Shown: one piece after another, positions 11,162-24,357 of the stretch
How the letters are laid out: each line of letters starts with the position of its first letter
Position numbering within the stretch: position 1 is the stretch's first letter
Assembly (NCBI GenBank): GCA_043228905.1
Contig: JBHGNT010000006.1
Span: 10,788,001-10,852,000 of the forward strand
Source of the DNA: Azolla caroliniana
Taxonomy: Eukaryota; Plantae; Polypodiophyta
Direction: 5' to 3'
Length of the DNA: 64,000 nucleotides
Notes under the pieces: model-generated
Database searches by the model: none
What the model was told of the DNA's origin: nothing
Seen by the model: only the letters and a program-made list of their open reading frames with translations
Translations under genes and position numbers: made by a program

Positions 11162-12944
11162 TCGTTGGCGTCGTTAGGCAGACAATTCCGATTCCGGCTA
11201 CCCTGCACTCCCCACTGTCACCCATCTTTACATAACCATGGTCACCGGCTATGTAAGTCGAGAAATACTCTCTGAATGGAGTTATGTTGAAGGATGCACC
11301 AGAGTCGATCACCCAAGTGTATTCTTCGCTCGCAAGGTTTGCACTTGTCTGTTTGCAAATGAACAATAGTTCTTCATTGCTCGTAGCAATGGCTGAAGTG
11401 CCCTTTTCATCAAGAATCTTCTCCTGGGTTCGACTCCATTACCAACACTTTTGTCCTTGCTCATGTGTCGGTAGTCCTTCTGGAAGTGTCCAGGTTTTCT
11501 GCAATAGAACCACACGAGCTTACCTCTGGACTTCGACCTGGCTTGAGACTTTTCTCTCCTAGGTGGACTTCTTTGCCGGTTCCTCCCTCTGCCGATGTGT
11601 TGAGTGAAATTTGACTCCGACTCGACTAGAACACCCTTGTCCTTCCTTCTCGCTTCCTCATTCAGGATGCTTGTCTTCATTGCTTGTAAAGACAACTTCT
11701 CTTCTTGACAGGAGATGTTGAGAGTAACCACCAGGTTCTCCCAGCTATTTGGCAGTGTGCACATCAGCAAGATGGCTTGCATAGCATCATCGAGGGGAAA
11801 CTTGGTTGCAACAAGTTGATTTACATACCCATGAATGTGCTGATGTGTTTAACGATGCTCTCACTGTCTCTGTATTTCAACCATACGATCTTTCTCATCA
11901 GTGAGGTTTTATTGCGGGTGTTCTTCCTCTCATATAGACCTGAAAACTTCTGGCACATCTCGTGGGCATTCATGCCGTTCACCACATGCTGAAGGACACT
12001 AACATTGACGCACTGTCGGATGGTGGCCATCGCCTTTTTGTTGAGAAGTTTCCATTCTGACTCTAATAACCCCATGGGTATTTTTGCACTGTCGATCGGC
12101 TCGTACAGGGCTTTGACTATGAGAAGTTCCTCCATCTTTATCTTCCAGTCTGCATAGTTCTGAGAGTTTAGAACTATCATTCCTGGGAAGCCGCCCACAC
12201 CTCCTTCCAAGCTTGCACCTCAAGCTCTGATACAAGTTTGTTGGGAAACGAATCAACAATCCACAAGAAAGGAATGCGTTGAAATACATAGTTCGGAAAC
12301 ACAGAAGAAAATGTGCACAGATTTTACGTGGAAACCCGAAAAGCGGGAGAAAACCACGGAGAACGGAGCTTCACTGTATATATAGTGGATATACAATGAC
12401 GGGATTAGAATACAACACTCTCTACTCTAAGTGTATCTGCCGCGTAGGGCTCTTGGCGTATGCTCTTACAGAACACGACTATGGCGCCGGTTGCTCACAG
12501 TCTCTCTTCACGTTCTCACTCTTCTCTATTGTTCTCTACAACAGAGGATCACACATTGTTCTGCCTCACTCGTTATATTAACAGTACTTGCCCTAGGTGT
12601 ATTTATACTTATACCTTGTATCGGCTATTTACAAATGTAGCCACTACTACACAACACTACTATTATTATCTATAATAATAAGTGGCCATCAGTCGACCTT
12701 GGTGTTGATTGTCCAGCCGGTCCGACTAGTCGGCCTGGTCATCGACCATCTGGTTGGCTTGATTAATTGGTCGTGTCTTCGACCTAGATCTCCTTTCTGT
12801 CGACTGACCCAGTCGACTTTCTCGCAGTCGACTCTTCAACCATCGGTACTTGGCCCCAATAGTTTGCTCATCCTAGTCTTCGACTGTTGCCACTTCTTGG
12901 CCCAAACAATCGGTTTCTCCCACTGGAGGGACATATTCCTAACA
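11162..12944 (-). mobile_element. Copia element C, 5' part (LTR 12239-12944, PBS, gag, protease), interrupted by B
   Basis: PBS 12224-12235; gag fragments 11821-12210 and 11309-11782; WVIDSGASF. Confidence 0.85.
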
Positions 12945-14523
12945 TTTGGTACATGTGGTTTAGAAGATAATTCGTCAGAAGTAACCAGAGTTTCAGTTGT
13001 GATTGTATTGTCGCCAGAACCAAGAAGTTCTTTTAGATGACTTACATGAAAAACTAGATGGATTTCAACACCATCAAGATGAGGGAGACGATAGGCTGAC
13101 GAACCAATGTGTTTGAGGACCGTAAAAGGTTCACAAAACCATGGGGCTAACTTAGCGCACTTACTCGTAGACAATGTCTTAGAATTGTGAGGTACATGTA
13201 AAAATACCTTTTGTCCAGGGTTGAATGCATGACGTTGCCTATTATGATCAACATAAAAACACACTCTATCTTGAGTTGTTTTTATATTATCTCGTGTAAT
13301 ATGCAACATATCCTGCATATCCTGAAGAAAGTTTTGCGTACTTCGCAACTCATCATGATGTATATTAACATCAATCGGGGCTCATTGCTGAAAACCATAC
13401 ATCAACATAAAAGGACTATATCCCCTTGATGTATGTTTGGAGTTGTTATAAGCAAACTCCAAAATTGGGAGATAATGTTCCCATTTTGTTGGTTTTGCAC
13501 CAATGTATGCTCGAAGCATGTCCTCAATAATTTGATTTACTCGTTCTATCTGTCCATCAGATTGAGGATGATCCGTGGAGCTCATGCTCAATGTAGTTTC
13601 TAACTTCTTAAAGACTTGCGTCCAAAAGTTGCTAGTAAACTTTGGATCTCGATCACTCACGATATCCATTGGTAACCCATAAAAACGAAATAACTCATCA
13701 ACGAATTGGTAAGCCAATTCAAGAGCTGTTACCATGGTTTTAATAGCAATAAATCTGGCCATTTTAGTTAGTCTATCAACCACAACCCAGATAGCATCCT
13801 GGCCTTTTTGGGTGCGAGGAAGGCTAACAATAAAATCCATATATATACTTTCCCACTTATTGTTGGGAATTTCTAAGGGATGTGAAATTCTAGCGGCTTT
13901 AAGTTGATTGGCTTTGTTAACCTGACACTGGTGACATTTAGTCACATAACTATGTATGTTAAGACACATCTTAGGCTAATAGAATTGAGTGGAGATGAGA
14001 ACGAGTGTACAATGTATTCCTGGGTGCCTTGTTGAGGTTGCATCATGGCATTAAAAAATAATTTTCTTTTTGACCTCAGGCAAATTTGGAACACAAAACT
14101 TCCAATTATGATAGAGTAGACCGTTAGTAATGTGGAAGGATTCCTTCGAAGATGCGGTGATGTTTGTTCCAGACTCAACTGTTGCTCAATATTTTCTAAA
14201 ATAATTGTCATTAGGATACTTTCCTCGAAGGTGATCATAAAGATATGATGTTATTTCAGTGAAGCTAAGCATGTTAACTTCACGGATGCTAATGAATGCA
14301 TTAGGGACAATGTTGATGGAACCTTTATGATATCATATGGAAAAATCAAAGTCCTGGATGAGATCTCTCCATCGTGCGTTACGACCTTTAAGGTCTTGTT
14401 GGTCACGAAAATATTTCAAGGAATCGTGGTCCGTAGTTACCACAAAACAATTTCCATAAAGATAATGGCGCCATGACTTTAGTACATGGATAACTGATAC
14501 AAATAATTCCTTTTCTTGAATGG

Positions 14524-17500
14524 TGTCGGGGTAGTTGTGGTTTGTATGGCGAAGTCGCATGGACTAAGGTTAATGGGAGTTTGTGCAAATTTTTATAAGG
14601 TTTGTGCGGCGATAACACAAAGATTAAGGATAGAATGAATAAGAGTTAAAAATAATGTGCAAGAGAGAGATGAGTAAGGATGAGAGATAACGACAATGTA
14701 TGATCATTGAAGAGGCAAGAAAATATGATAAGAATATGTATTATATTAAAAATCCAAAGTTTTACCAATTTTACAATGCTTGATCGTAGAGATGAAACCT
14801 TTCTCTACCGACTCTAGATTTGAACCCTTGACTTCAACTCTGAGAAACAAGACACTTGCCCAAATGAGCTAACTTCTTTAATTGTTAAATTATTTGATTT
14901 CTTAACATTTTCTTGATTCCTTCCTTCTTTTCCCTTTGATCTTTTTATAGGTCTCCCTATGCATACAATGCATCTGAGGGTGAAGACATGCATGCTATGC
15001 ATGATCGGCATTTGGCGTACATGCATTACATGTGATGCATGATAGACATCTCACTCATTTGAGCTCTCATGTATGAAAATAGACATGGGATAAGTACAAT
15101 GATGGAAAAATAATTTTAAAACAAATAATATTAGATCCTAGTGGTATGTAATTTGTAATTGGTAGATAAGGTTGAGGGTTCAATACAATATTTAAGTTTA
15201 CTTTTATATCGTGTAGTACATTCTTTATATCTCAAATAACCTAACCTAGTGGCATGTACTCAAGTCTCTTAAATATTATTGAATACAATATTTAAGTTTA
15301 TTTTTATATCGTGAAGCACATCCTTTATGACACCCACCCCCTTTGAACTTGCACATTGGTTGTGCAAAGTTCATCCAAAATCTTGGAAAAACTCTTCATT
15401 CCCTTTCCGGACTAGATGTTCCCTCAAGCATTCTTTGTTTCTTTCATGGTTAGGCCTCACGGTTAAGAACATGATTGTCTTCCTTCCATCCAGACTCTTG
15501 ATCCTCTCGAAAGTCAAATCATCATCAATCACCTTTGTTTCCATCCTTATTGCGGTAATGTATGGTTGACCAAGGATGACGGGGTAGGTTGATCGATCCT
15601 CCACAAATAAATTTTGATTCACCAACACATCTCCAATTGTTACTGTCACACTGGGACATGCTCTAAATAGATCCTCCGTAGTCTCTGTGGCAACTCTTAT
15701 TTTCCACCCATGATTCTTGTTGATCGGCCACCATCCTTGAGTAGAAAATTCCGATGACATCATGTTAATCTCTGATCCATGATCGATCGAAGCAATGCAT
15801 GAAATTTGTTGCTCCCCAATTTTTGCAGGTGCCTCCGTTGTTGCTCGAGCCCAATGATTGCTTGTATAATGACTCCTATTCCCTTCATGATTGCCAAAAT
15901 CATTTATCTTCTTTACACTTGGAACATTAATGGTGACACAATCCAAATCTTGGAGTGTTGTTGTACACCCTCTAGTAACTTCCTCCATCACATGTTTTAT
16001 ATATGTCACCACTTCTCTGTTCGAAGCAAGCTTGAAAGCTAGGTCTGTCTTCCCTTTTACTTTATTACCTTCCTTCATCTCAAGGGCACCCTTTTCCATC
16101 TCCCTTCTCTTTTGTTCTTGTGTCTCATGTTTCTTTTCCGGTTCAGCCTCCTCAGCTCTCTTTCGCTTCTCTTCAACTAGTACCTCTTGTGCATTTACTT
16201 GGGCGAATGCTGATAGCGCGTCTACTAGATCATTCCATCCAATGAAGTTTCGTATTTCATCTCCTGCTCTTTTTAAGTCATCCACTCAAACCTTCCCTTT
16301 TCTTGCATAATTCATCACATCTTGCAAAAAGCCAGATCCACCATATGAGTCTTCTACACACAACTCTAACGTTGCCACATATTGTATTGCTTGAGTTCAG
16401 TTGAAGTGGTTGTCGCATTTGTGTTGAGTGAATCTTACCATCTTGATAATAGATTTTATCATGATTATGTTCCTGACAATCTTTCTTTTGGTGGTCAACA
16501 TTGTCGCACCACATACACCTTCGGACAATGCCACCTCCTTGCCTCGACGAGGTTGAGGTTTGTGCCGATTCCAGCTTCTTCACTTTGATCGACAAGTCTT
16601 TCATGTCTTTCACCAATTCCTACAAGGGCATCTCTTCTACTTTCTTTTCTCTTGACTCGTTCCCCGTTTTTTCTTCATTTCTCTTTGGCAGTTCCATAAA
16701 CCATGACTTTCTTTTACAGAAATGGGCGCACACCCTTTTCACGTCCTCCCAATCTTCGGTAAGTCCACTCGGACTATTCTGATATTCCAGAAGTATTCCC
16801 AAGTCCTTCATGTCTTTAATATTAGTGGCTTGTAGAAACAATACTATTTTATCTACCATTATTATATTTCTATCCCTAATATTTAATTGCTCAAATATTT
16901 TTGAAAACTCTTTTAACACTTTCAAAACACTTAAATGTTTATCAGACTCTACCCAATCCATGGAAACTCGCCTTGTCATCCTTGACATATCGTTGAGGTT
17001 GTATTCATTCAACATTGCTCTTTTGAAAGTCACCCATGTCTGATGTTCCCTCTATAGCTCCTGGATCCTTTCTTGTAGCCCAATCGTTGTGACTCGACTA
17101 AAGCGATTAATTTTTACAACTTCGTCGACACCACGTTTAAGCATTTCTTCATTGTAAATATTCAGAAATCTTGTTAAATTCATACCTTTGAAGATTCCTA
17201 CTCGTGCAAGAATATTGTTGATGCTTGCCATCATTCCTTGCTCCCGCATCATTTGTTCCAGCACCGTACACATAATCCTCATTTGCTCCTCCATTTCTCC
17301 TTGTTGCCACTTTCACGTCGGGTTCACCAAATTTTGTCAGGGTAGTTGTGGTTCGTGCTGCGAAGTCGCAAGGACTAAGGTTAAAGGGAGTTGGCTAAAT
17401 TTTAATAAGGCTTATGCAATGATGTTATAAAGATTTAAGGACAGGAAGACGAAGAGTTAAAAGTAATGTGTGTGTGAGAGAGAGACGAGCACAGATAAGA

Positions 17501-20500
17501 GATAGAGACAATGTATGATTTAAGAAGCGAAAATGTATTATAAGAACAAGCTTTATATTAACAATACAAGGTTTTACCAAAGTTACAATGTCGATGGCGA
17601 GATGCAACTTTTCTTTTGCGGAACTCTAGATTTGAACCTTTGACACCATCTTCGAAACACAAGACTCTTCCCAAATAAGCTAACTTGTCTGATTAATTAT
17701 TTAATTTTCTAACTTTCTCTTCCTTGCTTCCCCTATTTTTATAGGTACTCCCATGCATGTGAGGGTACAAGACATGCATGATCGCCATTTGGCGTTTATG
17801 AATTACATGTGTGATAGGCATCTCGCTCATTTGAGCTTTCATGTATGAAAATAGACATTGGATAAGTACAGTCATGGAAATATAATTCTAAAAATGGATA
17901 ACCTAGCCTAATGGTATGTACTTTGTACTTGGTATAGACGGTTGTGGGTTCAAGTTTCTCAAATGTTACTTAATACAATATTTAAGTTTAATTTTGTATC
18001 CTTTACACCTTAAAAATAAATAACTTATCTAGTGGTATATACTTCGTACTTGGTGTGTGAGGTTATTGGTTCAAGTCTCTAAAACATTACTGAATACAAT
18101 ATTTAAGTTCATTTTTATATCGTGAAGCACATCCTTCATGACACCCACCCCCCTTTGAACTTGCACATTGGTTGTGCAGAGTTCATCCAACACTTCTTCT
18201 GATTCTTTTAGTTCTTCTCCTTCTTCATAAAATTCGGGCTCTAGTGACTCCCTCCTTTTAAATATTTTAATCCTTTTTCCTGCAATTGGAATACGAATTT
18301 TTGTCCCATCTAATTCATCGAGGAAATATGTGGTCTTATCTGTTATTTTCCTAACTTCATAAGGTCCAAACCATCTTTTTGCGAACTTTTGAATAGTACT
18401 GCATTGATCATCTAGGCTACTATCATATACTAATACCCAATCTCCCTCTTGCACCTTTCTTGGTTGTATTCTTTTTATCTTGTCAAATTTGTCCTTATTC
18501 TTGATTCTTGCCTCTTTCAATCTAGTAGCTGCTTTTTCTATGACTTCTATCATGGATTGAAGTTGTTGTATCTGAATAGCAAGTAAATCTTCCCTACTCA
18601 TTTCTGATTCCCAAGGTAGCACAACCCATGTAGTTATCTTTTCTTCAATTGGCATTATCGGCTTCTGTCCTATGATTAATTCTGCAGGCATATAGCTTGT
18701 AACAGTGCTGTGAGTTTTCCTATCAACCCACAATGCATAGGGTAAGATTTTTGGCCAATCACTGACATGTCCCTTACATGACTTTGCTAAAGCTTTGAAT
18801 ATTGGCCCATGTCCCCTTTCTATCTCTCCATTAGCTTCTAGATTGTGCGCCGTTGTCAAAGAAAGCAGAATCCATACTTTGTCAAAAAAATCTTGAGCTT
18901 CCATAGAATTGAGCTCTCCCCTATCTGCCACTATCTTCCCGATACATCCATATCTACAAACAATGTCCTCCAAGATGAATTGACATACTCCTAATGTCCC
19001 TTTTGTTCGTAGTGCACGTCCCTCCACTTGATTTGTTAGATCTTCTCTTGCAAGAACCAAGTATCTCTTTTGTCCTACTCCAAGTGGCATTGTTACCAAA
19101 TCTATCACCCACTTGTAATGCACCCCCCGTTAGTATGTTGGGTGTAACTCATCACAAAATTTTACATTTGAATAATATTGACAAGTGGGACAAGTTTCCA
19201 CATACTTTTTTATTTCCTCATAGTATCGAGGCCACCGAAACCGTTCTTTAATCTTACTAAAAGTGGCCCACACTCCTCGATGACCAGCCCATTCTTTGTC
19301 ACTTAGCTCTCTCATTATGTCCTTTCTTTGCCCTTCAAAACCTATTACTCTTTGTGGGTTCCCCGCCTTGGTTTTTGGATGTCGTCACATATATCCTTCA
19401 TCCAGGAAGAACTTATGGGTTTTCTTGCGAAACTGTGCGAATTCTTTTCTAGATAGACCTTTATACTTGTTAGGGGTCTGCAAATATTTCCCCATTTCCT
19501 TGAATTCTTCTTCATACTCCTCTTCTAGAAATTGCATTCCTCCTTCATGGGTAATGCTTGTGGTAAGGAATGTTTGTTCTTTTTCCTCATCGTCTGAATC
19601 TAGAATCTCCTCTTCCTTATACCTTGCTCTTGATAACATATCCGCTATTGCATTTCTATTCCAGAGATATGCCGAACTTTAGGGTTGACTGATCTAATAT
19701 AGGTGCACCATGGCTTGATCTGGAATATCACAATTAACTATGATACTAAGAATCGGCAAACAATCCGTTTCTATTATTACTTCAGGACCAATCATCTCTA
19801 TCTATCTTAACTATTGTTACTATCCCCCATAATCTCTTTTCACCTGTGCATATTTTCTTTGTCGATCACTAAGAACCTTCGCTCTGAATCAGACTAGATA
19901 CCTTTCTTCCCCATCTTGTTGGCTTATCACCCATCTAATTCTGATGGGACTAGAGTCTACTGTGAGATATATGGGCCGGGTGTAGTCAGGTTGTTTTAAC
20001 AGTGGAGCTTGTGCCAAGTAAGACTTCAGTTTCCTCATTGCCTCTAAATGTTCTTCACTCCATTCAAATGTTTCTCTTTTTCTTAGGAGTCTATATAAGG
20101 GTTCAGATAAATGGGCATAAGGCGGAATCCATCGGCAGTAAAAAACACATACCCCCAAAAAACCTTCGTACTTCTGAGACGGATTTACATTCTTCTTGCA
20201 TATTATGAATTGCATTGACCTTGGTTGGGAATGGCTTTCTCCCATATGGGCCACACATATGGCCAACTATTAATATCTCTTTTGCCCCAAATATTGACTT
20301 TGCCCCTGATAAGGTCAAATGCACTTCTTCCATCCTTGATAGTATCTTCTCACAATCCTTGATATGGTTGGCCACGAACCGTCGGCAACCATTTTCGTCC
20401 AATTCCTCATTCTTCTCTTCTTCTTTGCATCCCTTAATCGGAACATCATCTAGAAAAGGACAATGTGAGGAATAAAATCACGAAGTACCTTGTTCATTCC

Positions 20501-22017
20501 ATTCATCATATGCACCACTGAGTTGGTCGCTCCTTGTGGCAAGGTACACATCCGTACTAACCCTATGGGTGTCTTCATAGAAGTAATATCACAACTTTTG
20601 ATAGCAAGTTGAAATTGATCATACCCGGAATAAAGGTCTTCTATCGAATATATAGCTCTTCCTGCAAACATCTCTGCAAACTCATCCACAATTGGCCCTA
20701 TTCCCAAATTTTGGATTGTTACCTTATTCACAAATTGCATATCTTGAATAAATCGGAGTCGCCCATCTTTCTTTAACACAGTGAACCATCGGCTTGAGTA
20801 AGGAGCATTCGATGGTTCCAAGATACCCATCCTTATCTTTTCTTTCAAAAGCTCTAAAAGTTGAGGGATTCTAGCCCTAGGCATGGGTATTGGCTTAAAA
20901 TTCCATGGAATATGAGGGATAGTGAATATATCCATGGCCTTCACTATTTTTGGATCCACACACCCTATTTCCTTTGGATCCACTATTTTTAACATCTCCT
21001 TGAACAACTTTTCTTCAACATGTAATAGGAAGTCACCTCCTCCTACTTTCATCCCTTGTATTGTTTCTGGAGTAAACACATTTCCCACCTTTCGTGGGTC
21101 TCTAATCATTAGCTCTGAAGTTGTTTCTTTAATTGCCATTTCATTATCCCTTGGAAGTGGAGTAGCAACTGGACAAACTTTCTGCTCCAGGGTCTTGTAC
21201 TTCGTCAAGACCCATGCCTCATGATCCTTTTGAGTGACTTCTTGAATGATCTCGTACATCTTGATCGAATGGACATGAACTTGAATTTCTTCCTCGTCCT
21301 CCATCATTTCCAAATGAGTTATTGTATCTTTAAAACGTAATCCTTCAAACATATCCTGAACTTCATCATCATCATTTATTAATCCAGAACACTTAAAGTA
21401 CTCAATAATATTTTGTATTTTATTATTATCTACCTTTAACATAAAAGTAACACCACCAGATGAGATTTTACAAGGAATATCTTTATTTACATTATTATTT
21501 ATGAGGTTTTCTTTTATGTCCGAGCTATCACAACCCCTACCTGTAAAAGCCCTATCTAAAAATCCTTTTATTGTTAAATTATTTGATTTCTTAACTTTTT
21601 CTTGATTCCTTCTTTTCCCTTTGATCTTTTATAGGTGCCCCCATGCATACAATACATATGAGGGTACAAGACATGCATGTGATGCATGATAGACATCTCA
21701 CTCATTTGAGCTCTCATGTATGAAAATAGACATGGGATAAGTACAATGATGGAATTTTTTTTTAAAAACAAATAATCTAGCCTAGTGGTATGCACTTTAC
21801 TTGGTCGATAAGGTTGAGGGTTCAAGTCTCTTGTATTGCATACAATATTTAAGTTTACTTTTATATCGTGTAACACATTTTTTATATTTCAAATAAGCTA
21901 GCCTAGTGGTATGTACTTTGTACTTGGTATATAAGGTAATGGGTTCAAGTCTCTCAAATATTATTGAATATAATATTTAAGTTTATTTTTATATCGTGAA
22001 GCACATCCTTCACAACA
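14524..22017 (-). mobile_element. Gypsy element E with three LTRs, in the order truncated LTR - pol - LTR - PBS - gag/protease - LTR
   Basis: LTRs 14524-15332, 17335-18143 and about 21565-22017. PPTs at 15333 and 18144. Gag/PR 15371-17294, INT 18144-19315, RT 19889-21442. TSD atgg/acgg. Confidence 0.85.
17312..17329 (-). promoter_or_regulatory. tRNA-Trp primer binding site of Gypsy E
   Basis: Plus strand ttcacgtcgggttcacca matches the 3' end of plant tRNA-Trp as I recall it, 5 nt from the internal LTR. Confidence 0.8.
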
Positions 22018-24040
22018 ACGGTATACTGACATTGAGCAGAATCAAGTTTCTTACTCTCAAATGCTATTGGTTTACCATCTTGATATAGGACAACACATAT
22101 AGCATAATCACTTGCGTTGGTTTCAACCTGAAAATGTTGCTAAAAGGAGCGAAAGAGCTTTGCACACCTGGTCCTTTAGTTCCTTAAAGGTGTGGTCTAG
22201 AGTGACATTCGCGTTTGATCTTTTAGAAGATCAGTTTATGAATTATTGATCGTCAATTTATTCAAGCGTCGGTAGTTAATACACATACACCATGTGCCCT
22301 CTTTCTTTTTTACGAAGAGAACATGTGCACCCCATGGAGATTTACTATAACGTAACACATTTGTAAATAGTCCCTGAGTTACTTAGATACCTCATCATCT
22401 TCGGTTCGACTTAAGCGATAGGGAGGTATACTTATTGGTGCAACGCTAGGTACAAGATCTGTTTGATGGTCTATATTACGTTTAGGGGGTAACCCATGTG
22501 GTAGTTCACTAAGAAAAACATCATGATAATTTAATATTTCATCGAGTTGTTGTTCAAAATATGATAAATGATTCAGGACACTATCAATATTGTAAACGTG
22601 AATATCCAAATCAAGCACACAATAAAATAAAGAAGAACAAGACAACTCAGATATTGATGAAGAGGAAACAATAGGAAGATATTGTTTTTTAACACATTGA
22701 ATAAAATGAGTACAATCGTTTAGTACAAAAGTAGTTGAATGATGAACCCAATAAATAGATAAAGAGGAGTTTTTATTAAAAAACCAAGGATAATTCAGTA
22801 TTACATCAGTGGTACAAAGATTCATTACATGGAAATCTACTTGTTCTACATAAGTATCAATGTAGATTTCTAATGAATGAATCGCCCCGTTGCTGTACTG
22901 TACTATTCCATCAGTCAAATGCACCTTATATGTGTGATCATTTACAATGGGTTGGATTCCCCATATCTGAACCAAACAATCATTCACAAAGTTATGTGAG
23001 CTTCTCGAATCAAATAAGAACTGTATTGGAGATCCTTTGATATACCCGTTTGCACGTAGTAAATCATTGGGTCCTAATAAATGGTGAGGGAAAGAACATT
23101 TACAACTACTTAAAATGATGTGTATAGACTTAAAGGACATTAAGAATATGATATTGATGGTCTGCAACTTTGGTTTTGTTGTCGTGCTCTTTCTGTTGAA
23201 GCTTTCAACATTGCTCTTTTGTATGACCCTTCTTTTTGCAGAACACGCAAAAGGATTTTGTCGCTTATTGTAAAGAATCGATGGTGATTCTTGTGCAGCG
23301 GAATAGGTTAGAGATATGTGTTATGTGTGTGTGAGAGAGAGAGATAGAGAGAGGAGAGAAGAGAAACACAAGATAGATAGACTAGGCAATGGAAAAAAAT
23401 ATTCAAGAAGATTGTATATTACAAAGGAGATTAACCGACTTGTTACAAAGTAGGAGAAGAGTGGTTTATATAGTAAAGTTCTCTCTCTTCATTAACTACT
23501 GAAGCTCATGAGTCATGGGGAATGTGGAAACTCATTAGTTATGTGTCATAGAATATGATTCTATGACACATAGTTAATGTGTAAAGAATAGTGGTGTGAC
23601 TTTTGACCTTTGAGTGTTCATACACTCTCAAGGGTGTGTCACACACTAGGCTAGGTTGAGCTTGATTCTCAACATGCCCCCTCAAGCTCAACTTTGGTCG
23701 GCTTGTCCGCTTCGACTGGTACCCGGTTCAGACGGTATTCGGTTCTCTCTTGTTTGGTGTCCACTTTGGTTGATACCCGATTCAGACGTACTCTTCCTCA
23801 AGCTTGGTAAGTCAGGGATCATCAATCCAAGGTCTGACATGAATTGCCGAAGCTTGGTGGCTCCTAGGGCTTTGGTGAAGATGTCGGATGTCTGAAGATT
23901 CGTATTGATGTGTTGAAGGTTGACATCTCCACCCTGAACGCGCTCTCTAATGAAGTGATAATGCACTTCGATATGCTTCGTGCGGGTGTGGAACACCGGG
24001 TTCCGAGCCAGATGAATACTGCTAATGTTGTTGTAGTAAA

Positions 24041-24320
24041 TGACGGGAACTCAACGCTCCTTATCCACGACGCTCGGCCACAACCGAGATTCTTTTCATA
24101 CACAGAAAACAGGAAACAAAAAAAAACACGCGACGCAAAGGAGAGAAAAAGGTACACAGGAGGTTTACGTGGAAAACCCCAAACTAGGGGAAAAAACCAC
24201 GGCAGCCCACAGGCTGCAAATTGTCACTATGTAAGAATGTACAACAGTGAGTTCACTGAGGCAACGACCTCGTGCTCATAGATCTTCGCCACAGGCGGTG
24301 GTTACAACAGAGGCAACAAC

Positions 24321-24357
<37 letters not shown>

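Noticed and set aside
21899-21955. Functional tRNA-Pro gene
   Set aside because: No acceptor stem and a poorly paired D arm; it is part of an LTR repeat.
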